37,648 nucleotides of DNA from an uncultured Bdellovibrionales bacterium (GCA_964500865.1 CAZCQJ010000004.1:21377-59024); one strand, 5' to 3'. Counted from the first letter of the stretch, positions 1 to 7,224 are shown. Notes: a model not told the origin generated them from the letters alone. A program made the numbers and translations.

Positions 1-141
1 GGAAAAATCGCCGGCACGGTAGTGGTGTCCAGCATGAGCTGTAGCCACAGTAATTCTGTGTCCCGCTGCCGCGCAGTACACAACATCGCTTGGCCGGCGC
101 TTCTGGTACTCTGGTATGGGCATTGATTGTGGTGTTTGCAT
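1..141 (-). CDS. hypothetical protein, N-terminal part only (continues past window start); micro-ORF D of a coupled chain
   Basis: ATG at 139-141 is preceded by GGAGGAAGTG and overlaps the TGA of the upstream micro-ORF (TGATG). The frame is open to position 1 (MQTPQSMPIPEYQKRRPSDVVYCAAAGHRITVATAHAGHHYRAGDF...). It is not in the ORF track because it is truncated and short. Confidence 0.3.
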   Translation of the reverse strand, partial: MQTPQSMPIPEYQKRRPSDVVYCAAAGHRITVATAHAGHHYRAGDFS

Positions 142-305
142 CACTTCCTCCTTTTCCTACCATTGGTGGCCGAGATTTTTCCCGACCGGTGTTTCGAACG
201 AGACGGTTTGCGTTCCTTCTTTGACGAAGGGATGAATGGCAGCGATGGCGGCTGATTCCTAAATGCAGCCATCAGGATCACCATTATACCTAGTGGGTAA
301 CGCAT
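141..305 (-). CDS. 54-aa small protein with a hydrophobic N-terminus and strongly basic tail (micro-ORF C)
   Basis: GGAGGAGAGTG lies immediately upstream of the ATG at 303-305. Translation: MRYPLGIMVILMAAFRNQPPSLPFIPSSKKERKPSRSKHRSGKISATNGRKRRK. Its tail is paralogous to micro-ORF A, with mostly synonymous codon differences. Confidence 0.5.
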   Translation of the reverse strand: MRYPLGIMVILMAAFRNQPPSLPFIPSSKKERKPSRSKHRSGKISATNGRKRRK

Positions 306-329
306 CACTCTCCTCCATCTTCCAAAAAC

Positions 330-509
330 TTACGCCGTGGCACGTATTTTGGCTTTGGTCCACAGGTGGGCCTTGCCAAGCCGGTGACATAAGCGCTGCA
401 CGCCTGGCAGACCTCGTTGAGCGAGAGACTGTATTATAGCCACATGAGCCTCATGTTCATGCGCTAACTTGGCACGCTGCATGAGCTCCCTTCTAGTAAC
501 TTTGCCCAT
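330..509 (-). CDS. 59-aa hypothetical protein (micro-ORF B)
   Basis: GGAAGGAG lies 8 nt upstream of the ATG at 507-509, and that ATG overlaps the TAA of micro-ORF A (TAATG). Translation: MGKVTRRELMQRAKLAHEHEAHVAIIQSLAQRGLPGVQRLCHRLGKAHLWTKAKIRATA. Confidence 0.4.
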   Translation of the reverse strand: MGKVTRRELMQRAKLAHEHEAHVAIIQSLAQRGLPGVQRLCHRLGKAHLWTKAKIRATA

Positions 510-667
510 TATCGCGACTCCTTCCTTCGTTTACCGTGGGTATCCGAGACCTTCCCAGAACGAAACTTTGAGCGACTCTGCTGTTTGGCGTCTGACTTTT
601 TGTTGCTTCTATATCTCCTTCCGGGTGGCTGTTTCTTTCTCTGGATTCTCCTTCTCAAGAGACGCAT
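509..667 (-). CDS. 52-aa highly basic small protein (micro-ORF A)
   Basis: An internal ATG at 665-667 of track ORF 509..730 is preceded by AGGAGGG. Translation: MRLLRRRIQRKKQPPGRRYRSNKKSDAKQQSRSKFRSGKVSDTHGKRRKESR. It starts 15 nt after the yidD stop. Confidence 0.45.
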   Translation of the reverse strand: MRLLRRRIQRKKQPPGRRYRSNKKSDAKQQSRSKFRSGKVSDTHGKRRKESR

Positions 668-681
668 GCTTAAACCCTCCT

Positions 682-921
682 CTACTCTTCTGGCACAGGA
701 TCGTGCCCACCTGGGTGCCAAGGATGACAACGCAAAAAGCGTCTTACTCCCATACTGCTCCCACGCATAACGCCAAAACGCTCGATAGCGGTATACGTGT
801 AAGCACTACAACTTGGGTAAAAGCGGCACACCCGAAAACCCGTCACTTTCCCCACGAATCCGTGATCCAGCGAAAGGGTCTTTTGGTACCAGCGAATACA
901 CAAGAGAATGAGCTGCTTCAT
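682..921 (-). CDS. yidD: membrane protein insertion efficiency factor YidD
   Basis: Contains the YidD signature [19 protein letters not shown]...[14 protein letters not shown]. The family-typical start is MKQLILL (ATG 919-921); the track ORF extends to 951. Confidence 0.85.
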   Translation of the reverse strand: MKQLILLCIRWYQKTLSLDHGFVGKVTGFRVCRFYPSCSAYTYTAIERFGVMRGSSMGVRRFLRCHPWHPGGHDPVPEE

Positions 922-929
922 ATACCAAC

Positions 930-958
930 ACCCTACTCCCCCTCTCCGCATCTGTCAA
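930..958 (-). promoter_or_regulatory. sigma70-like promoter for yidD (TTGACA-17 nt-TAGGGT); the ATG lies only 8 nt after the -10
   Basis: On the reverse complement, TTGACA is at 953-958, the spacer is 17 nt and TAGGGT is at 930-935. The short distance to the ATG implies a leaderless or near-leaderless mRNA. Confidence 0.4.
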
Positions 959-969
959 TCCTTATTCTG

Positions 970-978
970 TGGTATAAT
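970..978 (+). promoter_or_regulatory. extended -10 promoter element (TGgTATAAT) upstream of the corA-like gene
   Basis: tgGTATAAT is at 970-978, about 30 nt upstream of the ATG at 1008. Confidence 0.4.
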
Positions 979-1007
979 ACCTAAAAAACTGCTCACCAAA
1001 AGAACCT

Positions 1008-1913
1008 ATGATGCACCTGCAACACAAAACTATTTCGTGGCTCGACTTCGAAGACATTAACCCAAGTGATATTGAATACCTGCACGAAACCTTTGATATT
1101 CATCCTCTGGCACTGGAGGAGCTCATGGTCCCAAGCTACCAGCCAAAAGTTATTCAGTACGAAAACAATCTCTTCTTTTCGATTCATGTGCCCTTGTTTG
1201 ATGCCGACCAACGCACCACTTTTCCGGGTGAGCTCGACATTATCCTAACGAAAGACGCCCTGATTACCAGCCACAAGCATAGTATTTACCAGATTAGTAA
1301 CCTCTTCCAGCAAATCTCTGGTAGCGAAAATCTCAAAAAAGAGTATCTCGATACAACACCTATCTTTTTGCTGCACCATATTCTTGATGTTCTGTTTAAA
1401 TCCTGCTTTAAACGTCTCAACAACATTGGTGACAAACTCCTCTTCGTGGAACAAGAAGTTTTCCGTGGGCACGAAAAAGCCATGGTATACGAAATCTCCA
1501 TCCTCAAGCGTGACATCTTAAACTTCCGCCGTACCCTTAAACCTCAGCGCTCTATTTTAGAGTCACTCATTAATAAGGAACACCCCTTTATTCCACCCGA
1601 AGTCAAACTCTACTTTCAAGACCTCATCGGTACCAACGTGCGTTTATGGAATATTTTAGAAAGTCAAAAAGAAACCATCGAGGCACTCGAAGGCACCAAT
1701 AACTCCCTGCTCTCGTATAAGCTCTCGAACACCATGAAGGTCCTCACGATCTTCTCAGCTATCGCTCTGCCAATGTCTATCTATACCAACCTGCTCGCCA
1801 TGACGGCGAATATTCCTTTCGGACATTTACCAAAAGCCTTCTGGATTCACACCGCCATCACTCTGGTCTTCGGACTTATTACCGCTATCTTCTTCCGTCT
1901 TAAACGCCTCTAA
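1008..1913 (+). CDS. corA: CorA-family divalent cation transporter with a non-canonical signature (AMT instead of GMN)
   Basis: Shows CorA architecture, with an N-terminal cytoplasmic domain and two C-terminal TM helices. MKVLTIFSAIALPMSIYTNLLAMTANIPFG aligns to the CorA MKVLTI...P......YGMNF region. Confidence 0.75.
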   Translation: MMHLQHKTISWLDFEDINPSDIEYLHETFDIHPLALEELMVPSYQPKVIQYENNLFFSIHVPLFDADQRTTFPGELDIILTKDALITSHKHSIYQISNLFQQISGSENLKKEYLDTTPIFLLHHILDVLFKSCFKRLNNIGDKLLFVEQEVFRGHEKAMVYEISILKRDILNFRRTLKPQRSILESLINKEHPFIPPEVKLYFQDLIGTNVRLWNILESQKETIEALEGTNNSLLSYKLSNTMKVLTIFSAIALPMSIYTNLLAMTANIPFGHLPKAFWIHTAITLVFGLITAIFFRLKRL

Positions 1914-1916
1914 CCT

Positions 1917-3329
1917 ATGCAGCTCCACAATACGCTTGCCAAGAACAAACAAGAATTTACACCGATTCACAAGGGTAAGGTGGGGCTCTATACCTGTGGG
2001 CCAACCGTGTATGACTTCGCGCATATCGGTAACTGGCGTGCCTATATTTTTGCCGACACTCTGCGCCGTGTTTTAGAATTCAGCGGTTACGAAGTACGTC
2101 ACATAACAAACATTACCGACGTTGGCCACCTAACTGCCGATGACATTGCCCAGGGCGACAGCGGTGATGACAAAATTATCAAAAAAGCACTGGCCGAAAA
2201 AAAGACTCCGTCAGAGATCGCCGACTTTTACGAAGACTATTTTCATAGTGGCAGCGCGGCGCTTAATATTCTACCCTCGCACTACTACCCACGGGCCACA
2301 GCCCATATCCCACAGATTATTAAGATGGTCGAAGAGCTGATCGAAAATGGCCACGCCTACGTGGTAAACGGCGCCGTGTTTTACGACGTCACCAGTTTTA
2401 CTGCCTACGGAAACCTCTCAGGGAACACCCTCGAAAACCTGAAAAATGGCGCCCGCCTCGAGGAGCACCCCGACAAAAGAAACCCCTGGGATTTTGCCCT
2501 GTGGCTCCCCGCCCCCAAAGAGCACCTGATGCGCTGGCAGAGCCCTTGGAGCGAAGGCTACCCTGGCTGGCATATAGAATGTAGCGCTATGAGCCAGGAA
2601 TACCTGGGTGACATTTTTGATATCCATACCGGTGGCGAAGATCATATCTTCCCCCACCACGAAGCCGAAATCGCCCAAACGTGCGGTGTCACGCATAAGC
2701 AGATAATGGCCAACTTTTTTGTTCACCTGCGGCATAAGCTGATCGATGGACAAAAGATGAGTAAATCGAAAGGCAACTTTTACACCCTCGAAGACATTTA
2801 CGCCAAGGGTTTTGACGCCATGGATTTACGTATGGTTTTTCTGCAAGCCAACTACCGCAGCCAGATGAACTTTACCTGGGAATCGCTCGAGCAAGCCCAG
2901 AAGAATAAGCTGTCCCTTTTTGCAGTCGCTGCCCGCCTCGGTGTACTGAAAGTCACCGAACGCCTCGGTGAACGCGGAGTAACGAGTGCCCGACTCGCAC
3001 CGCTCCTCGAGGCACTCCAAGATGACCTCAATACTCCTTTGGCACTCGCGCTGGCGCTCGAACTAGCCACCGAAGACAACAAGTCCCTCGATGCCAGAGA
3101 AGCAGCTACTACCGAGCAGCGTACTCTGTGGCAGGCCATTTTCTTCCTCTTTGGGCTTCGCTACGAACCGCTCGTTATCCCAGAGGCCGTAACCGCTTTG
3201 GCTGAGGCACGCCAAGCTGCTCGGGCTGCCAAAGACTTTGCCGAAAGCGATGCTTTGCGTGACCAAATCGCTGCCGCCGGCTACTGTGTTAAATATACCG
3301 CCACTGGCTACGAAATTACCAAACTCTAG
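1917..3329 (+). CDS. cysS: cysteine--tRNA ligase
   Basis: Has the class I HIGH motif (FAHIGN) and KMSKS, and an N-terminus typical of CysRS (GLYTCGPTVYD). Length is 470 aa. Confidence 0.95.
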   Translation: MQLHNTLAKNKQEFTPIHKGKVGLYTCGPTVYDFAHIGNWRAYIFADTLRRVLEFSGYEVRHITNITDVGHLTADDIAQGDSGDDKIIKKALAEKKTPSEIADFYEDYFHSGSAALNILPSHYYPRATAHIPQIIKMVEELIENGHAYVVNGAVFYDVTSFTAYGNLSGNTLENLKNGARLEEHPDKRNPWDFALWLPAPKEHLMRWQSPWSEGYPGWHIECSAMSQEYLGDIFDIHTGGEDHIFPHHEAEIAQTCGVTHKQIMANFFVHLRHKLIDGQKMSKSKGNFYTLEDIYAKGFDAMDLRMVFLQANYRSQMNFTWESLEQAQKNKLSLFAVAARLGVLKVTERLGERGVTSARLAPLLEALQDDLNTPLALALALELATEDNKSLDAREAATTEQRTLWQAIFFLFGLRYEPLVIPEAVTALAEARQAARAAKDFAESDALRDQIAAAGYCVKYTATGYEITKL

Positions 3330-3330
3330 A

Positions 3331-3373
3331 TAATACAAAAAACTACTCGGCCCCCATTTGGGAACCGAGTAGC
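3331..3373. repeat. copy 1 of the conserved 3' cassette flank (contains the terminator hairpin)
   Basis: 3333-3369 is identical to 4033-4069 (37 nt). Confidence 0.9.
3336..3372 (-). terminator. rho-independent terminator of cassette gene 1; it also abuts the cysS stop codon
   Basis: Perfect 8-bp stem CTACTCGG/CCGAGTAG (3343-3350 / 3365-3372), followed on the minus strand by TTTTTTG. Confidence 0.75.
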
Positions 3374-3384
3374 GAGTAAACAAC

Positions 3385-3963
3385 CTAGATAAAGCGACGC
3401 ACAATAAAGCGACGCTGTTTTGTGATGAATATCTCATCCCCTGGTAGACAGATCCTCAGATATCGACGCACAAGCGATACGTCGTGTTGCTCTTCAAAAA
3501 AGTAGCAACTCCCTACCAAAAGGTCCTCCTGAAAATACACAGTGACATCTTGCTGTGTCGCTTTTACGATATCCGCGGGTGTCTCAGTGGGTAACTGCCA
3601 GGGACGACATGGAGCTTCTTTTTCGATGCGCACCGTTTCTGGCTGATAGAGGCACGCTTCAAGTACAAGGAATACGTCCATGAAATAGCCAAGTTTATGG
3701 ACGGGTTGTTCTGCTCCACAGAGTTTCTCAAGGATCCGCCATTCTGGGATACTGACTAAATCGCTTTCGAAATCATAGATAGAAAAGTAATGTGGAATAT
3801 TTACGCCAGTAAACTTCTCTTCACCCAGCAACTTGTTCACAATGGAACGATCCGCACCAGGGATTAGCGTAATGTCTCGCAGCACATCTCGTGGCTTCAG
3901 CCATCTGCACTTAGGGAAAATAGTAAAATCACCCCGGTGCAGCAACTTAAATTCCTGTGACAT
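3385..3963 (-). CDS. hypothetical protein, cassette paralog 1 (no recognised domain)
   Basis: The track ORF is 3385..3975. The second ATG (3961-3963) has a GGAGAG Shine-Dalgarno 6 nt upstream and marks the exact end of the conserved flank. It is a distant paralog of 4095..4643. Confidence 0.7.
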   Translation of the reverse strand: MSQEFKLLHRGDFTIFPKCRWLKPRDVLRDITLIPGADRSIVNKLLGEEKFTGVNIPHYFSIYDFESDLVSIPEWRILEKLCGAEQPVHKLGYFMDVFLVLEACLYQPETVRIEKEAPCRPWQLPTETPADIVKATQQDVTVYFQEDLLVGSCYFFEEQHDVSLVRRYLRICLPGDEIFITKQRRFIVRRFI

Positions 3964-4030
3964 CTCACTCTCCATTGTTAAGTTTACGTTAGGCTTACTC
4001 TAGGCTTTTTTTCGTGCTCTGTCAATCGTA
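3961..4030. repeat. copy 1 of the conserved 5' cassette flank (promoter, 5'UTR, SD and ATG)
   Basis: 64 of 70 positions are identical to 4641-4710. Confidence 0.9.
3997..4025 (-). promoter_or_regulatory. sigma70-like promoter of cassette gene 1 (TTGACA-17 nt-TAGAGT)
   Basis: On the reverse complement, TTGACA is at 4020-4025 and TAGAGT at 3997-4002, with a 17-nt spacer. Confidence 0.6.
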
Positions 4031-4073
4031 CTATACAAAAAACTACTCGGCCCCCATTTGGGAACCGAGCAGC
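4031..4073. repeat. copy 2 of the conserved 3' cassette flank
   Basis: See 3331-3373. Confidence 0.9.
4036..4072 (-). terminator. rho-independent terminator of cassette gene 2
   Basis: Same hairpin as at 3343-3372. The single difference (4070 C) gives a G-U wobble in the minus-strand RNA and would be an A-C mismatch in the plus sense. A T-tract follows on the minus strand. Confidence 0.7.
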
Positions 4074-4094
4074 AGGGCAGACCACTGAGACCGA

Positions 4095-4643
4095 TTAGAC
4101 TGATGCAATAAAGAGGCGCTGCTTACGTGGCATATAGTGATCATCACCAATACCACGAGTACCGATGCGATAATAAAACTCTTCCTCTCCAGGTAGAGCA
4201 TCCTCTTCTATGCAGTATTCGATATCGACTGCATATACCACCATCCCAATCTGCACATAAAACGTATTCACTGAGTCTTCTTCTTCAAGAAGAACCCCGT
4301 GCAAACCATTGCGATGTGCCCAATAAATAAGAAGTGGTTCCCAGGGTGCCATGAAGCGCCCTCTTGGAAATAGTCTCATCTTCTCCCATTCCATGGGTCC
4401 ACGAACAAGTGTCTTTTGAGCAATATCAAAAAAGTCATATTGCCTTTGGGTCCGAATAGAAAGGTACACGCGATTAAGAGTATGCATTACTCGCTCATCA
4501 AACTCATCGCTTGAATAGAGCGGGAACTTTGCCCGCTGCCAAAAAAACATACGCGGAGAAAAGAATGACGTTCTTGGGTTTTTACGAAAAAATGTAAAGG
4601 TGCCCTGATGATGAATATCTCGCAGTGTCATAGTCCGCTTCAT
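4095..4643 (-). CDS. hypothetical protein, cassette paralog 2 (no recognised domain)
   Basis: The track ORF is 4095..4655, and the same SD/second-ATG argument applies as for paralog 1. It shares only short motifs with paralog 1 (HQGTFTFFRK, YDF...MEW, LPGEEEF...KQRLFI). Confidence 0.7.
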   Translation of the reverse strand: MKRTMTLRDIHHQGTFTFFRKNPRTSFFSPRMFFWQRAKFPLYSSDEFDERVMHTLNRVYLSIRTQRQYDFFDIAQKTLVRGPMEWEKMRLFPRGRFMAPWEPLLIYWAHRNGLHGVLLEEEDSVNTFYVQIGMVVYAVDIEYCIEEDALPGEEEFYYRIGTRGIGDDHYMPRKQRLFIASV

Positions 4644-4710
4644 CTCACTCTCCATAGTTAAGTTTACGTTAGCCTTACTCTAGGCTTTTTTTCGTGTCCT
4701 GTCAATGATA
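4641..4710. repeat. copy 2 of the conserved 5' cassette flank
   Basis: See 3961-4030. Confidence 0.9.
4677..4705 (-). promoter_or_regulatory. sigma70-like promoter of cassette gene 2 (TTGACA-17 nt-TAGAGT)
   Basis: On the reverse complement, TTGACA is at 4700-4705 and TAGAGT at 4677-4682. Confidence 0.6.
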
Positions 4711-4837
4711 AAGAACTTCTATTATCTACTGTGCTGTCCACAACTTACGCACAACTGGGTCAAATGAGGCGCTTCCCCCAGTAGCCAAAGCACGCTATAC
4801 TAGAAAGACAAATTCTTACTTTTTGACCCCGCTTTCT

Positions 4838-6202
4838 ATGGCCAAGCAATCCCTCGAGCACCTCCGCGTTCCACCCCACAGCCTCGAAGCCGAAATGTCA
4901 CTTTTGGGCTCTATTATGCTCGACAAAGACGCCATTATTAAGGTGGCCGACCTCGTACGTCCGGGTGATTTCTACAAAGAGGACCACAACTTTATTTACG
5001 AAACCATCCTCGAGCTCTACGAGAAGCGCGAGCCGATCGACGTGCTTTCGCTTTCGAACCGTATCGATGAAAAAAAACGTCTTGACGACGTAGGTGGCTC
5101 GAGCTACTTGGCGAGCCTTGTTAACTCGGTCCCGAGTGCCAGTAACATCGCTCACTACGCTAAGCTCGTTCAGCGTAAGGCGCTTTTGCGCCGCCTCATT
5201 GGCGCTGCCTCGAGTATCGTTGAAATGGGCTACGACGAAAGCGAAGATGTACAAAAAGTCCTCGACGAAGCCGAACAGAAACTCTTCGCGGTGTCTCAAA
5301 AATACATTAAGCAGGACTTCATCCCCATTAAATCTGTTTTGGAAACCGCCTTCGAACGCATCGATGAGCTCCACAAGAGCGATCAAAGTTTCCGTGGTAT
5401 TCCCTCAGGCTTTCCAGACCTCGACAACATGCTGGCTGGCTTCCAAAAATCAGATCTCCTTATTCTGGCCGCTCGTCCTTCAGTGGGTAAAACAACCTTT
5501 GCTCTTGATCTCGCACGTCAAATAGGACTCCACGCCAAGGTACCCGTGGGTATCTTCTCGCTCGAAATGGGTGCCGACCAGCTGGTCGACCGTATGCTCG
5601 CTGCTCAGTCTGGTGTTGACCTGTGGCGCCTTCGTACTGGTAAGCTCTCGAGCGAGGGGCCAGGGAACGACTTCGAGCGTATCTCGGACGCGATGGGTTC
5701 TCTTTCAGAAATCCCCCTCTTTATCGATGACTCGGGGTCGCTCAACATTATGGAAATGCGTACCATGGCACGACGTCTGCAGGCCGAGCATAACCTGGGT
5801 ATGATTATCGTCGACTACCTCCAGCTGATGGAAGGCCGCTCACGCAGTGGCGATAACCGCGTACAAGAAATCTCCGAAATTTCTCGTGGACTCAAGCAGC
5901 TGGCCCGCGAACTCAACATTCCTATCATTGCCCTCTCGCAGCTGTCTCGTGCGGTAGAATCACGTCCAGACCAGGTACCGAAGCTCTCTGACCTCCGCGA
6001 ATCGGGTTCTATTGAGCAGGATGCCGACGTGGTTATGTTCCTCTACCGTGAGGACCGCGTGAAGCCAGATACGCCAAACAAAAACATTGTTGATGTGATT
6101 ATCGCCAAGCACCGTAACGGTCCAGTTGGAAAAATCTCGCTCTACTTCGAGGACAATGCCACCACCTTTAAGTCTCTTGAACGCGTACGAAGCGACGACT
6201 AG
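4838..6202 (+). CDS. dnaB: replicative DNA helicase DnaB
   Basis: Contains PPHSLEAEMSLLGSIMLD at the N-terminus, Walker A (ARPSVGKT), and RecA-like C-terminal motifs. The track ORF starts at a TTG at 4823; the first ATG is at 4838. Confidence 0.95.
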   Translation: MAKQSLEHLRVPPHSLEAEMSLLGSIMLDKDAIIKVADLVRPGDFYKEDHNFIYETILELYEKREPIDVLSLSNRIDEKKRLDDVGGSSYLASLVNSVPSASNIAHYAKLVQRKALLRRLIGAASSIVEMGYDESEDVQKVLDEAEQKLFAVSQKYIKQDFIPIKSVLETAFERIDELHKSDQSFRGIPSGFPDLDNMLAGFQKSDLLILAARPSVGKTTFALDLARQIGLHAKVPVGIFSLEMGADQLVDRMLAAQSGVDLWRLRTGKLSSEGPGNDFERISDAMGSLSEIPLFIDDSGSLNIMEMRTMARRLQAEHNLGMIIVDYLQLMEGRSRSGDNRVQEISEISRGLKQLARELNIPIIALSQLSRAVESRPDQVPKLSDLRESGSIEQDADVVMFLYREDRVKPDTPNKNIVDVIIAKHRNGPVGKISLYFEDNATTFKSLERVRSDD

Positions 6203-6205
6203 TTT

Positions 6206-6793
6206 ATGAATTATCCGAAAGCCTTTCGTGATCTCATTGGGCACTTTAGCGCCCTCCCCTCTATCGGCCCCAAGGCAGCCGAGCGTATTGTGCTGTCGCT
6301 CTTTAAGCAGGACAACGAAAAGCTCCTTGCCTTTGCCGAGAGTCTCGAGGCCCTGCCAAAGCTCCAAACCTGCAGTCAGTGTTTTAATATTGCCGAGTCT
6401 ACACTCTGCGTTATCTGTAACGATGGCTCTCGTGATCACAGCACTATTTGCGTGGTCGAAGAGCCGCTCGACATTTTCGCCTTCGAGCGCCTCGGGAGTT
6501 ACCGCGGCGTCTACCATGTTTTGGGTGGTGTTTTAGAAGGCAACAAGGGTGACAGTTTTAAAAACCTCCGCATTCCAGAGCTTGCTTTACGCGCGAAAGA
6601 AGCCAGCGAAATTATTCTCGCCACCAATCCAACTGCCGAGGGTGACCTTACAGCTCTGACGATTACCGAAAAACTTGAGGACCTTCCGGTGACGGTTTCG
6701 CGCCTGGCCCGTGGCCTGACGAGCGGTGGTGATATTGAGTACGTCGACGAAATGACACTTCGTAGCGCTCTGAGTCATCGTGAAGTACTGTAG
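6206..6793 (+). CDS. recR: recombination protein RecR
   Basis: Has an HhH N-terminus (LPSIGPKAAERI), a C4 zinc finger (CSQC...CVIC) and a Toprim domain. Length is 195 aa. Confidence 0.95.
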   Translation: MNYPKAFRDLIGHFSALPSIGPKAAERIVLSLFKQDNEKLLAFAESLEALPKLQTCSQCFNIAESTLCVICNDGSRDHSTICVVEEPLDIFAFERLGSYRGVYHVLGGVLEGNKGDSFKNLRIPELALRAKEASEIILATNPTAEGDLTALTITEKLEDLPVTVSRLARGLTSGGDIEYVDEMTLRSALSHREVL

Positions 6794-6825
6794 TATAGAA
6801 AATTAAAAATAAGCGAAAAGAGAGG

Positions 6826-6858
6826 AAGGGCTGCCGCGAGCGTATCGCAGCAGCCCTT
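6826..6858. terminator. bidirectional terminator hairpin between convergent recR and the 64-aa gene
   Basis: 9-bp stem AAGGGCTGC/GCAGCCCTT. A T-rich run follows on the minus strand. Confidence 0.6.
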
Positions 6859-6883
6859 TATGCAGTCTCCATAATCGACGGAT

Positions 6884-7078
6884 TTATCGGCGAATCCGCT
6901 TGATCCCTTTGCGGGTGACGGCGAATCGCCCACCGTAGAAATGGTATCCTGGCTTTTGGATCTTCTTGGCGAGCTTCTTCATGCCCGGGAAACGATGTTC
7001 CTTTACCCATTTGGGCAAGGGAGCGCGCGGAGCCGACGAAGCATTAATCTTATCACAGAGATCCTTCATCTTGTTCAT
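6884..7078 (-). CDS. 64-aa basic hypothetical protein
   Basis: AAAGGAG SD lies about 10 nt upstream of the ATG. The gene has its own promoter (7177-7205) and terminator. No family recognised. Confidence 0.55.
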   Translation of the reverse strand: MNKMKDLCDKINASSAPRAPLPKWVKEHRFPGMKKLAKKIQKPGYHFYGGRFAVTRKGIKRIRR

Positions 7079-7176
7079 CTCTCAGTCTCCTTTCTTTTCT
7101 AGAGCCACTTTTCTAACTAGGAGATAGCCTTCGAACTTTTTACGGTGTCCATCGAGCCATTCTCCTTGGTGCCTTC

Positions 7177-7205
7177 ACCATACGCCCGAAAGAAAATAAA
7201 GTCAA
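7177..7205 (-). promoter_or_regulatory. sigma70-like promoter (TTGACT-17 nt-TATGGT) for the 64-aa gene
   Basis: On the reverse complement, TTGACT is at 7200-7205 and TATGGT at 7177-7182. This leaves a 5'UTR of about 95 nt. Confidence 0.45.
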
Positions 7206-7224
7206 ACGCTCTTCAATAGAAAAG

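Noticed and set aside
1-680. Possible structured RNA gene (tmRNA, RNase P RNA or SRP RNA) in the apparently ORF-free region after yidD. Its minus strand contains GTTCGAA and ...GGCCACCA.
   Set aside because: No T-arm or acceptor pairing flanks the GTTCGAA. None of the conserved RNase P P4 or SRP domain IV strings is present. The region is fully explained by four SD-preceded micro-ORFs, two of which show synonymous-only divergence. A covariance-model scan would settle the question.
469-984. 171-aa plus-strand ORF spanning the micro-ORF region and yidD.
   Set aside because: It is antisense to the clearly recognisable yidD. It has no ribosome-binding site and a low-complexity, Ser/Pro/Thr-rich translation with no family resemblance, so it is a shadow ORF.
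4722-4775. DnaA-box-like nonamers (TTATCTACT, cTgTCCACA) upstream of dnaB, suggesting a replication origin.
   Set aside because: Each matches TTATCCACA at only 7 of 9 positions. There are only two of them, with no AT-rich unwinding element and no dnaA or dnaN nearby. That frequency is expected by chance.
5960-6517. 185-aa minus-strand ORF across the dnaB/recR junction.
   Set aside because: It is antisense to two strongly supported genes, with no start context and no recognisable motifs.
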